From NCBI GenBank assembly GCA_029264035.1, contig JARICS010000076.1:1-55220 (forward strand): a DNA stretch of 55,220 bases, written 5' to 3'. Source of the DNA: Dysgonamonadaceae bacterium (GTDB lineage Bacteria; Bacteroidota; Bacteroidia; Bacteroidales; Dysgonomonadaceae). How positions within the stretch are numbered: position 1 is the stretch's first letter; every line of letters starts with the position of its first letter. Positions 1 through 9,502 of the stretch are shown here, in pieces. Both the position numbers and the translations under genes were made by a program. The notes under the pieces were generated by a model. It was given only the letters and a program-made list of their open reading frames with translations, was not told the DNA's origin and did no database searches.

Positions 1-219
1 TTGACTGTTCCACAAATGACAGCCAATATCTTTACCAATCGTTTCTCCAAAATAATGCTTGGGTCCGTCGTAATAAGCTTTGTAGGCTGTGTAGCAGGAT
101 TGTTATTGTCCTATTTCTTGAATGTACCATCGGGTGCGTTTATTATATTTGTGTTGATTTTGATATTCTTGTTAGCTAAGCTTGGAGAGCGCCTGTTTAG
201 GGTGAAAAACAAAGCTTAG
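1..219 (+). CDS. C-terminal fragment of a metal (Zn/Mn-type) ABC transporter permease, truncated by the window edge
   Basis: The frame is open to the 5' edge. The TM-rich tail (SVVISFVGCVAGLLLSYFLNVPSGAFIIFVLILIFLLAKL) resembles ZnuB/MntB-family C termini. The initial M is only the ORF-caller TTG. Confidence 0.55.
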   Translation: MTVPQMTANIFTNRFSKIMLGSVVISFVGCVAGLLLSYFLNVPSGAFIIFVLILIFLLAKLGERLFRVKNKA

Positions 220-256
220 CTCAGTATAGTTTCATTTAATATAAAACCAAAATCCA

Positions 257-1120
257 ATGAAAAACTTATTTCTATCATCTTTTTTCTTCTCACTATCGTT
301 TTTGATGATGGCTCAAACCGGTAAGGTATATGATAACCTTACTATGAAAAGCGAAATCTTGAATATGGAGCGCAAGTTTGCGATATATTTACCACCAGAC
401 TATGAAACATCGCAACGAGACTATCCTGTTCTTTACCTACTTCACGGTTCAGGAGATAATCAAACAGGTTGGGTGCAGTTTGGCGAAATTTTGCGCATTG
501 CTGATAAAGCTATTTTAGAAGGTAGTGCTACATCCATGATTGTGGTAATGCCTGATGCTGATACAGGGCAACGAGGTTATTTCAATAGCATCAGTGGTGA
601 TTGGCGATATGAAGATTTCTTTTTTCAAGAATTGATGCCTTTTATTGAAAATGAATATCGTATCAGAAAAGACAAACGTTACCGAGCTGTTGCCGGCCTC
701 TCTATGGGTGGAGGCGGAGCATTTGTTTATGCCTTGCGCCATCCTGAACTTTTCTCATCGGCTTGTCCACTAAGTGCATCATGTGGTCCTTTGAGTATGG
801 AGGATATGGATCGTTACAAGTCGCGTGAAGAAATGAATAATGCTACCGATGAAGAGATAGAGGCTTATTATAAGAAACACAGCGTGCTCTATATGGTGAA
901 AAATATGCCTGATGAGCAGAAGAAAGCAGTGCGTTGGTTTATAGATTGTGGGGATGATGATTTTCTATACGAAGGCAACTCCCTTGTTCATATCGAAATG
1001 CGCAAGAATAATATTCCTCATGAATACCGTGTTCGCAATGGAGGACACACATGGACTTATTGGCGTGAATCGCTACCTGTAGTGCTGTCGTTTATTTCTG
1101 ATGCCTTTCATCAGTATTGA
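257..1120 (+). CDS. secreted alpha/beta-hydrolase, esterase (esterase D / CE1-like) family
   Basis: 287-aa ORF with an N-terminal signal peptide, a PVLYLLHGSGDNQTGW motif and the nucleophile elbow GLSMGG. Confidence 0.8.
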   Translation: MKNLFLSSFFFSLSFLMMAQTGKVYDNLTMKSEILNMERKFAIYLPPDYETSQRDYPVLYLLHGSGDNQTGWVQFGEILRIADKAILEGSATSMIVVMPDADTGQRGYFNSISGDWRYEDFFFQELMPFIENEYRIRKDKRYRAVAGLSMGGGGAFVYALRHPELFSSACPLSASCGPLSMEDMDRYKSREEMNNATDEEIEAYYKKHSVLYMVKNMPDEQKKAVRWFIDCGDDDFLYEGNSLVHIEMRKNNIPHEYRVRNGGHTWTYWRESLPVVLSFISDAFHQY

Positions 1121-1290
1121 TTTGTGATTAATATGCTACGTCAAAAATACTGTGCAGAAGGCTGTAAAGAATGAAAGCTATGCTTTAATTATATCTATAT
1201 CTTTAATTGCTTTATTTGTAGGATGGTTCGAATTATATTAGAAAGCCATTCGAAAGGTCATCGAACAGCTATTAAAAGATGAAAGAGTTT

Positions 1291-1479
1291 CTAATTTAAA
1301 TACGAAGTGTAAGGGTCTGCTTTTTCTTCCTCAGTCCATTTTCGGGATACACTACAGCCCGTGCAGCTTCCACAAGGACCTCCTTCATTTTCAACAAAGA
1401 AAAAACGGTATACATTACGTAGGAGTATTGCAGCTACAGCAATACCGATGATGATGACAATAATTAGTTGTAAGTCCAT
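1291..1479 (-). CDS. FeoB-associated Cys-rich small membrane protein
   Basis: 62 aa with one TM helix followed by CGSCTGC. It sits immediately downstream of feoB on the same strand. Confidence 0.7.
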   Translation of the reverse strand: MDLQLIIVIIIGIAVAAILLRNVYRFFFVENEGGPCGSCTGCSVSRKWTEEEKADPYTSYLN

Positions 1480-1515
1480 ATCTATAAATATAAAACGATT
1501 TAATGAGCAGAATGT

Positions 1516-4002
1516 TTAAAATAGCATTCCTATTTGATAGGTCAGGAATGCAATGAACCATGCCAGAAGTGTGGTGTAAACAATAGTGAACAGACCCCAT
1601 TTCCACGAGCCTGACTCTTCTTTAATAGCAACAATAGTGGCAATACACGGGAAGTATATTAAAACAAATAACATGAGTGCAACAGCCACAATAGGTGTAA
1701 ATACTGGAGTCCCATCGCTATATGTTTCCTTCTGTATGCGGGTTTGAAGCGACTCTTGACTTTGTCCATCTCCGGGATAAAGAACTCCAAGAGTGCTAAC
1801 CACAATCTCCTTAGCAGCCATGCCAGTGATAATACTTACCGATATTTTCCAATCGAAACCTAAAGGCCGCATAACGGGTTCAACGAAATGACCTATCTGA
1901 CCAATATATGAATTCTCTTGGTGTACAGAAGCTCTCATCACCTCAATGCCTGACACAATGCTGTCTTGCTTTTGTGAAGTGATTTCACCTTGCGAAAATA
2001 GCGCTGCAGTTTGTTCTATCTGTTCATCAAATACTTTTTCGGTTGCTTTGTTGTGTGGAAAATAGCCTAAGAACCATATTACTATAGAGGCTATAAGGAT
2101 AATGCCCCCCATCTTTTGTAAATATTGGCGCGATTTGTCCCACATGTGCGTGATAGTTGATTTCACAGTCGGCATGCGATAGGGAGGTAGCTCCATTACA
2201 AATGGGGTGTTCTCCTCTTTAAACATTGTTTTGCGAAACACCTTAGAAAGTACTACAGCAAGTAGGATGCCGAAGATATATATTGAGAACAGTGCAAGAC
2301 TGGCATGTTTGGGAAAAAAGGCACTCACAAAAAGAATGTAAATAGGTAGTCGGGCACTACATGACATAAGTGGATTGATGAGCATTGTAATCATCCGACT
2401 ACTTCGGCTCTCAATAGTGCGAGTTGCAAGAATGGCGGGTACATTACAACCAAAACCCATAATAAGAGGGATAAACGATTTGCCATGCAATCCGATTTTG
2501 TGCATCACTTTGTCCATAATGAATGCTGCACGTGCCATATAGCCCGAGTCTTCCATAAACGAAATGAATGCATAGAGGATGACTATGTTGGGTAGGAAAA
2601 CAATAACTCCGCCAACACCCCCTATAATACCATCTACTAATAAGTCTTTTAGTGGACCATCGGCCATATTAGAACGAACAAAATTACCAATAACTTGCAC
2701 TAACCACTCAATCCATTCCATTGGATAGTTTCCTAAGGTGAATGTGGCTTCAAACATAATCCACATAAACACAAAGAAAAGTGGAAACCCAAAGTATTTG
2801 TTAGTAACAATGGTGTCGAGAATGCGCGTAGTTTCTGAAATGTTAGTCTTCTCTGACAGCGTTTCACGTAGTCCACCAGCAATAAATCCATATCGAGCAT
2901 TCGTGAAGGCCGACTCTGGATCTTCGCGCAATAAGTTCTCAATGTAAACACGTTCTCTCTCTGTTCGAGCAAAAATAGCTTGGTGATTATCAAGCGTGTT
3001 TATAATTTCATGTATGTCTTTGTCGTTTTCCAACAGCTTTATACATAAGTAACGTAAAGGAATATTTAGATGAGAGATATCCGTCTTTGCAAACTGTTGC
3101 TCCAATCTATAAAGAGCTTTTTCTAATACTCTTCCATATGAAATGTGTACTTTGTCATCTTCGTTTTCGGATTTTGTCTCATGCATCTCAATAATCTTAT
3201 CAAGCATGGCAGGTATGCCAAATCCTTTTTTACCAATAGTGGGAATGATTGGTGTATCTATCATTAATGACAATGTCTCATGGTCGAAGTCACGTCCAGT
3301 CCCTTGCAGTTCATCGTACATGTTGAGAGCTATAACCATGGGAACTTTCAGCTCCATTAGTTCAGTGGTTAGATACATGTTGCGCTCAAGTGATGAGGCC
3401 GAAACCACATTGATTATCACATCGGGTTTCTTTTCTAGAATATGCTTTCGCACAAATAGCTCTTCGGGTGTATATGCCGACAAGGAATAGGTTCCGGGCA
3501 AATCCACCATTTTGAAAGTGTACCCTTTGTGTTTTAATCTTCCCTCTTTTGAATCTACTGTTACTCCACTATAATTGCCCACATGCTCGTGTGACCCTGA
3601 GGCGATATTGAAAATGGAAGTTTTGCCCGAGTTAGGGTTACCAACTAAAGCTACTGTTATCGTTTTAGAGTCTTTTTGATGTTTAGGTGGTTTTGGTGGA
3701 TGAATAAAAGTACTTTGATTAGAGGTTCTCTCACTGTCTTTTTCCACGGTTGCCTGTTCATATTTAGGCACATCATATTTGACCATCGATATCTCTATCA
3801 TTACTGCTTCGCTACGGCGCAATGAAACCTCATACTCCATAATATTGTATTTGATGGGGTCTTTGAGAGGTGCATTCAAGATGGATTTAACCTCTTGGCC
3901 ACGTACAAACCCCATTTCTAGCAAACGCTTGCGGAATGCACCGCTTCCGTTCACTTTCACAATGTAGGCTTTGTCGCCAGTATGTAGTTCTGATAAACGC
4001 AT
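1516..4002 (-). CDS. feoB: ferrous iron transporter FeoA-FeoB fusion
   Basis: 828 aa. N-terminal FeoA-like SH3 domain, G-domain P-loop GNPNSGKTS, and a polytopic C-terminal permease. Confidence 0.95.
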   Translation of the reverse strand: MRLSELHTGDKAYIVKVNGSGAFRKRLLEMGFVRGQEVKSILNAPLKDPIKYNIMEYEVSLRRSEAVMIEISMVKYDVPKYEQATVEKDSERTSNQSTFIHPPKPPKHQKDSKTITVALVGNPNSGKTSIFNIASGSHEHVGNYSGVTVDSKEGRLKHKGYTFKMVDLPGTYSLSAYTPEELFVRKHILEKKPDVIINVVSASSLERNMYLTTELMELKVPMVIALNMYDELQGTGRDFDHETLSLMIDTPIIPTIGKKGFGIPAMLDKIIEMHETKSENEDDKVHISYGRVLEKALYRLEQQFAKTDISHLNIPLRYLCIKLLENDKDIHEIINTLDNHQAIFARTERERVYIENLLREDPESAFTNARYGFIAGGLRETLSEKTNISETTRILDTIVTNKYFGFPLFFVFMWIMFEATFTLGNYPMEWIEWLVQVIGNFVRSNMADGPLKDLLVDGIIGGVGGVIVFLPNIVILYAFISFMEDSGYMARAAFIMDKVMHKIGLHGKSFIPLIMGFGCNVPAILATRTIESRSSRMITMLINPLMSCSARLPIYILFVSAFFPKHASLALFSIYIFGILLAVVLSKVFRKTMFKEENTPFVMELPPYRMPTVKSTITHMWDKSRQYLQKMGGIILIASIVIWFLGYFPHNKATEKVFDEQIEQTAALFSQGEITSQKQDSIVSGIEVMRASVHQENSYIGQIGHFVEPVMRPLGFDWKISVSIITGMAAKEIVVSTLGVLYPGDGQSQESLQTRIQKETYSDGTPVFTPIVAVALMLFVLIYFPCIATIVAIKEESGSWKWGLFTIVYTTLLAWFIAFLTYQIGMLF

Positions 4003-4363
4003 ATATGGAATGATGGTTGAGTTTTATGAAATAGCTCAAACACAATGACTGTGTAAAATTTGAAAGTGCAAAGATGCATATTTTTATTGTAATTGCCGAG
4101 GCAAAAGAGGCTTTATTTACAACTGTTTTAAATAGTGAGAGCCTTTAAACATGCAGTTTGTCTTGCATAACTGCATGTTATATAGATATGTAAAGGTAAA
4201 TTAGAATTTCAAAAGTGAATCGGTCTACACTCTTTTATATATAGGTTTAAATTTCATTAGAGATTTTTCAATCGATTTATATGAAGCCTCTTTTTATAAT
4301 TTCAATTATCGACTTAAAAACATCATTTAAGTACTCTGTTTTCTATTCGTGCGTTTTTCTTTG

Positions 4364-4371
4364 TATTTTTG
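4364..4371 (+). promoter_or_regulatory. Bacteroidota -7 promoter box TATTTTTG upstream of fumarase
   Basis: Matches TAnnTTTG about 52 nt upstream of the ATG at 4423. Confidence 0.4.
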
Positions 4372-4422
4372 TAATTAGAATAAAAAAGAACATTAATAAA
4401 ACAACTTAATTATTGAATCCTT

Positions 4423-6063
4423 ATGGCTACAAAAACCTTTAAGTATCAAGACACTTTTCCTTTGACGGAAGACAAAACTAATTACTACTTGCTAACTAAA
4501 GAACATGTTTCTACCTCTGAATTTGAGGGTAAGCAAGTTCTGAAAGTTGCTCCTGAAGCTTTAACCCTTTTGGCTCAACATGCTTTTCGTGATGTAAACT
4601 TCTTGTTACGTCCTGATCACCAAGCTCAGGTGGCTCAAATATTATCGGACCCTGAAGCGAGTGAAAATGATAAGTTTGTAGCATTAACGTTCTTGCGAAA
4701 TTCAGAGATTTCTGCTAAAGGAGTTCTTCCTTTCTGTCAAGACACAGGAACTGCTATTATAATGGGGAAAAAAGGGCAGCAAGTATGGACTGAAGGATGT
4801 GATGAAGAGGCTCTTTCAAAAGGTGTTTTCAATACATACGTGAACGAAAACTTGCGCTATTCTCAAAATGCTGCACTCAATATGTACGACGAAGTGAATA
4901 CAGGATGCAATCTTCCTGCTCAAATTGATTTGTATGCAACTAGTGGTGACGAGTACAATTTCTTGTGCGTTGCAAAAGGAGGAGGATCTGCCAACAAAAC
5001 TTTTCTATATCAAGAAACGAAAGCGCTGCTTACTCCAGGTAAATTGGAGGAATTCTTGATTGATAAAATGAAATCTTTGGGTACAGCTGCTTGTCCTCCC
5101 TATCATGTTGCATTTGCAATTGGTGGAACATCGGCAGAGTCTAACTTGAAGGTTGTGAAATTAGCTTCAACAAAATATTATGACAATTTGCCAACTGAAG
5201 GAAACGAAGGAGGGCAAGCTTTTAGAGATTTAGAAATGGAGGCTAAGCTGAAGAAAGCATCAGAAGAGTTAGGCCTTGGTGCTCAGTTTGGTGGGAAGTA
5301 TTTTGCACACGATATCCGTGTGGTTCGTTTGCCACGTCATGGTGCATCAGCACCAATTGGTATGGGCGTTTCATGCTCTGCCGACCGTAACATTAAAGCA
5401 AAAATAAATAAAGATGGTATCTGGATTGAGAAGATGGAAGACAATCCTACTCGTTTGATTCCTGAAGAGTATCGTGAAGCTGGTGAAGGCGGTGGTGTTG
5501 TGATTGACTTGAACCAACCCATGGCTGATATCTTGGCAGAATTAACCAAGCATCCAGTTTCAACACGTTTGTCATTGAACGGAACTATAATTGTTGGACG
5601 CGACATGGCTCACGCCAAACTAAAAGAACGCATTGACAATGGCGAAGGATTACCACAATACATTAAAGATCATCCAATCTATTATGCAGGACCTGCAAAA
5701 ACTCCAAAAGGATATGCTTCTGGTTCTATGGGCCCCACTACTGCTGGCAGAATGGACTCTTATGTAGATCTTTTTCAATCTCATGGAGGAAGCTTAGTGA
5801 TGCTTGCTAAAGGCAACAGAAGTCAGCAAGTAACTGATGCATGTAAAAAACATGGTGGTTTCTATTTAGGTAGTGTTGGTGGACCAGCTGCAAGCTTGGC
5901 ACACAATAGCATAAAGAAATTGGAGTGCTTAGAATATCCTGAATTGGGTATGGAAGCTATCTGGAAGATTGAAGTTGAAAACTTCCCAGCATTTATTCTT
6001 GTAGATGACAAAGGGAATGATTTTCATGAGACTGTTAATCAGCCAAATTGTGCGTCTAAATAA
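4423..6063 (+). CDS. fumB: class I (Fe-S) fumarate hydratase
   Basis: 546-aa single-chain class I fumarase with fused alpha and beta domains, including CQDTGTAI and GGTSAE motifs. Confidence 0.9.
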   Translation: MATKTFKYQDTFPLTEDKTNYYLLTKEHVSTSEFEGKQVLKVAPEALTLLAQHAFRDVNFLLRPDHQAQVAQILSDPEASENDKFVALTFLRNSEISAKGVLPFCQDTGTAIIMGKKGQQVWTEGCDEEALSKGVFNTYVNENLRYSQNAALNMYDEVNTGCNLPAQIDLYATSGDEYNFLCVAKGGGSANKTFLYQETKALLTPGKLEEFLIDKMKSLGTAACPPYHVAFAIGGTSAESNLKVVKLASTKYYDNLPTEGNEGGQAFRDLEMEAKLKKASEELGLGAQFGGKYFAHDIRVVRLPRHGASAPIGMGVSCSADRNIKAKINKDGIWIEKMEDNPTRLIPEEYREAGEGGGVVIDLNQPMADILAELTKHPVSTRLSLNGTIIVGRDMAHAKLKERIDNGEGLPQYIKDHPIYYAGPAKTPKGYASGSMGPTTAGRMDSYVDLFQSHGGSLVMLAKGNRSQQVTDACKKHGGFYLGSVGGPAASLAHNSIKKLECLEYPELGMEAIWKIEVENFPAFILVDDKGNDFHETVNQPNCASK

Positions 6064-6120
6064 CTTGCAGAATAGATATTTATAAACAAATATAGCTTCT
6101 AAGCAAGCTGTGTAGATATA

Positions 6121-6156
6121 AAAGAGCGTGTTTCATTGTGGAATACGCTCTTTTTG
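6121..6156 (+). terminator. rho-independent terminator after fumB
   Basis: AGAGCGT ... ACGCTCT stem followed by a T-run. Confidence 0.6.
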
Positions 6157-6286
6157 ATGGGTTGTATGTAAAGAAGCATTAGTTAAAGATTAAGAATCTA
6201 CTTTATAACCTTTGTAGATATTGGCGAAATGATGTTTCTTTGTTAATAAGCAATACAAAATAATAAATTAAATAATAGAAAGAGTT

Positions 6287-8794
6287 ATGAAAAAAATAGC
6301 TTTGTTGTTATTACTTGGTTTTGTGTCCGTTACTGGCATTGCCATTGGACAAAACCGGACTGAAACTACCTTAGAAAAAGGGTGGAAGTTTACCCGTGAA
6401 GATAATGTTGCATCTATAAACAGAGATTTTGATGATCGCAACTGGGAATCAGTGCGTATTCCACACGATTGGGCAATATATGGACCCTTTAGTTCAACCA
6501 ACGATCGCCAGGATGTGGCCATCACCCAAGATGGACAAAAAGAAGCCATGGAGCATGCTGGACGTACTGGGGGGCTGCCTTTTGTAGGTGTGGGTTGGTA
6601 TAGAAATTCATTTGAAGTTCCAAACTTTTCAGCTGACAAAAAGGTAACCATCCAATTTGATGGAGCAATGAGCAATGCTCATGTATATGTAAACGGCAAG
6701 GAAGCTGGAATATGGCGCAACGGATACAATACTTTCCATTTTGATATAACCGATCTTATAAACAAAGACGGCAAAAACAACACTTTGGCGGTTCGCTTAG
6801 AGAATTTCTCTGAACAATCGAGATGGTATCCTGGTGCAGGTCTGTATCGCAATGTACATGTGATTGTGACTAACGATTCGCACATTCCAGTGTGGGGAAC
6901 TTATGTTACTACTCCTCGCGTGAATAACGAATTTGCTGAGGTGAATGTGAAAACCAAAATAGAGTTTCCAGATGACGCTAGCACCTCTTCCGATTACGAA
7001 CTGGAAACCGTGGTGAAAGATATAGAAGGCAATCCAGTTGCTCAACAAATAGACAAACTTGGTGCTTTTGCTGATAAAGAGTTTGATCAATCGCTTATTG
7101 TGATGAACCCTGTGTTGTGGGATATTGAACAACCCAATCTTTACTCTGTACAATCTACATTGAAGAAGGCTGGAGCTGTTATCGACACCTACAATACCAC
7201 CTTCGGTATAAGAGATATAAAGATAATTCCAAACGAAGGATTCTTCTTAAATGGTCGCATGGTTAAATTTAAAGGTGTTTGTATGCATCACGACCTTGGC
7301 CCATTGGGCGGAGCTGTTAATGATGCAGCCATTCGTCGTCAGATTCGCATTTTGCAAGACATGGGTGTGAATGCTATACGTACTGCTCATAATATGCCGG
7401 CTCCTGAATTGATTAAAGCTGCTGATGAAATGGGTATGATGATTGCTGTAGAAACATTTGACGAGTGGGGCATTGCCAAAGTGAGCAATGGCTACAACAA
7501 ATATTTCGACGAATGGGCAGAGAAAGATGTTGTGAATGTAGTGCATCACTTCCGTAACAACCCAAGTGTTGTAATGTGGTTTATTGGCAACGAGGTGGAA
7601 GAGCAAAGTGTAATGTGGGGATCGAGGGTAGCTCGTTTCTTGCAAGACATTGTGCAACGTGAAGATCCAACCCGATTTGTTTCTAACGGTATGGACCGAC
7701 CCGATGCAGTATATGCCAATGGTATGGCGGCCATGATGGAGGTTGCAGGTTTCAACTATCGTCCTTTCAGATACAAAGAGGCTTACGGACGTTTGCCACA
7801 ACAAATAATATTAGGTGCAGAGACAGCTTCAACAGTTAGTTCACGTGGAGTCTACAAATTTCCCCTTGAGCGCAAGTCAATGGCTACTTACGATGATCAC
7901 CAGTCATCATCTTACGACGTAGAGCATTGCAGTTGGAGCGATTTGCCCGAAGATAACTTTGTTTATCACGACGATCTTCCTTACTGTATTGGTGAATTTG
8001 TATGGACAGGTTTCGACTATTTGGGCGAGCCAACTCCATATTACACCAACTGGCCAAGCCACAGTTCACTCTTTGGTATTGTAGACTTAGCTGGTATTCC
8101 AAAAGACAGATTCTACCTCTATCGTAGTCATTGGGCTCCAGAGAAAGAAACATTGCACATTTTGCCTCACTGGACATGGAAAGGGCGCGAAGGCGAAACT
8201 ACTCCTGTGTTTGTTTACACGAATCACCCAACAGTAGAGTTGTTTATCAATGGTGTAAGCCAAGGCAAACGCACCAAAGACACATCAATAGGAATTGATA
8301 GTACATACACGGATAAAGCGCAAAAGGAATTTGAACGTCAAAAACGTTACCGCCTAATGTGGATGGATACAAAATACGAACCAGGTACAGTGAAAGCTGT
8401 TGCTTATGATGCCAATGGCAACGAAATGGGCACCGAAGAGATTCATACAGCTGGTGCGCCCCACCGTTTAGTACTTGAAGCCGACCGCAAAACTATTAAA
8501 GCAGATGGCAAAGATCTATCTTTTATCACCGTTTCGGTGGTTGACAAAGATGGCAACTTGTGTCCTCATACTGATGACTTGGTGAAGTTTAAAGTGAAAG
8601 GTGCAGGAACGTATCGTGCAGGAGCCAATGGCAATTCAGCATCGTTGGATTTGTTTCATGAGCCACAAATGCATTTTTTCAATGGAAAATTGACAGCCAT
8701 TGTAGAATCAACTGAACAAGCCGGAACAATCAAGTTTGAAGCATCGGCCAAAGGCGTGAAGAATGCTTCGATGGAAATAGAAACAACATTGTAA
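6287..8794 (+). CDS. glycoside hydrolase family 2 beta-galactosidase-like enzyme, secreted
   Basis: 835 aa with a signal peptide, GH2 sugar-binding/Ig/TIM-barrel architecture and a WFIGNE acid/base motif. Confidence 0.85.
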   Translation: MKKIALLLLLGFVSVTGIAIGQNRTETTLEKGWKFTREDNVASINRDFDDRNWESVRIPHDWAIYGPFSSTNDRQDVAITQDGQKEAMEHAGRTGGLPFVGVGWYRNSFEVPNFSADKKVTIQFDGAMSNAHVYVNGKEAGIWRNGYNTFHFDITDLINKDGKNNTLAVRLENFSEQSRWYPGAGLYRNVHVIVTNDSHIPVWGTYVTTPRVNNEFAEVNVKTKIEFPDDASTSSDYELETVVKDIEGNPVAQQIDKLGAFADKEFDQSLIVMNPVLWDIEQPNLYSVQSTLKKAGAVIDTYNTTFGIRDIKIIPNEGFFLNGRMVKFKGVCMHHDLGPLGGAVNDAAIRRQIRILQDMGVNAIRTAHNMPAPELIKAADEMGMMIAVETFDEWGIAKVSNGYNKYFDEWAEKDVVNVVHHFRNNPSVVMWFIGNEVEEQSVMWGSRVARFLQDIVQREDPTRFVSNGMDRPDAVYANGMAAMMEVAGFNYRPFRYKEAYGRLPQQIILGAETASTVSSRGVYKFPLERKSMATYDDHQSSSYDVEHCSWSDLPEDNFVYHDDLPYCIGEFVWTGFDYLGEPTPYYTNWPSHSSLFGIVDLAGIPKDRFYLYRSHWAPEKETLHILPHWTWKGREGETTPVFVYTNHPTVELFINGVSQGKRTKDTSIGIDSTYTDKAQKEFERQKRYRLMWMDTKYEPGTVKAVAYDANGNEMGTEEIHTAGAPHRLVLEADRKTIKADGKDLSFITVSVVDKDGNLCPHTDDLVKFKVKGAGTYRAGANGNSASLDLFHEPQMHFFNGKLTAIVESTEQAGTIKFEASAKGVKNASMEIETTL

Positions 8795-8809
8795 TAAAAG
8801 AGACAATCC

Positions 8810-9439
8810 TTGAAATTTCATGACGACTTCAAAGCTGCGCTAGCACTGTTGCCTTCTAAGGAAAAGGACAAGCTGCTGTGGCGACTAATAAAACGTGATG
8901 AGCTGTTGGCTCGGCGTTTAGAGTTTGAATTGTTGGCTCCTTATGACGCTATCGATAAGCGCAATGAGTTGGCTGAGTTGATTCAAGACAGAATATCTTC
9001 TGTTGTTGGACGAAGGGAGCGATTGGCTGCTATATTGTCACAGTTTCGCTATTTGAGTGGCGATATCACCCGACATGTTTATATCACGAAAGATAAAATT
9101 GGCGAAATTCTGCTCAACTTCATATTGTTGCAACAAGCATTGCAGTTGTTAAGCAATCCCTCTTATCTGTTTGGCGGACGAGTTACTCAAAAGTATGTGA
9201 TGTATATGCTCAACAAACTCTATAGAACTTGTATGTTGGTTAATAAACTACACATAGACTATCACATAGAGTTGGAAGATGATGCACACAAATTAGGCGA
9301 GATAATGCAGACCAATCCAGACTTGATGAAGTATGTGAAGCATCATAAGTTTAATGTAAATTGGCTCATCGACTTTGATATTCCGGATGATCTAGACGAA
9401 TATTATAAAGCTGTAAAGCAACAAGGATTGCTTAAATAG
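8810..9439 (+). CDS. hypothetical all-helical protein of unknown function (TTG start)
   Basis: 209-aa ORF starting 15 nt after the GH2 stop. The only possible initiator after the in-frame TAA at 8795 is TTG at 8810. It is followed by a strong terminator. Confidence 0.55.
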   Translation: MKFHDDFKAALALLPSKEKDKLLWRLIKRDELLARRLEFELLAPYDAIDKRNELAELIQDRISSVVGRRERLAAILSQFRYLSGDITRHVYITKDKIGEILLNFILLQQALQLLSNPSYLFGGRVTQKYVMYMLNKLYRTCMLVNKLHIDYHIELEDDAHKLGEIMQTNPDLMKYVKHHKFNVNWLIDFDIPDDLDEYYKAVKQQGLLK

Positions 9440-9463
9440 ATTGTAAAGCAAAATATAGAAAAA

Positions 9464-9487
9464 GCAGACAGCAATGTCTGCTTTTTT
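9464..9487 (+). terminator. rho-independent terminator
   Basis: GCAGACA gcaa TGTCTGC followed by TTTTTT. Confidence 0.75.
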
Positions 9488-9502
9488 CATTTTTGGGTTA
9501 CT

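Noticed and set aside
2733-3490. Antisense or shadow ORFs inside long genes. Examples: 2733-2993, 3143-3490 and 3779-3967 in feoB; 6268-7804 in GH2; 17429-17986 in rnfC; 18190-18753 in rnfD; 30286-30636 in rpoB; 43584-44003 in the epimerase; 44806-46009 in NlpC/P60; 48274-48663 in guaB.
   Set aside because: Each lies fully within, and opposite or out of frame to, a strongly supported conserved gene. Their compositions are skewed and low complexity.
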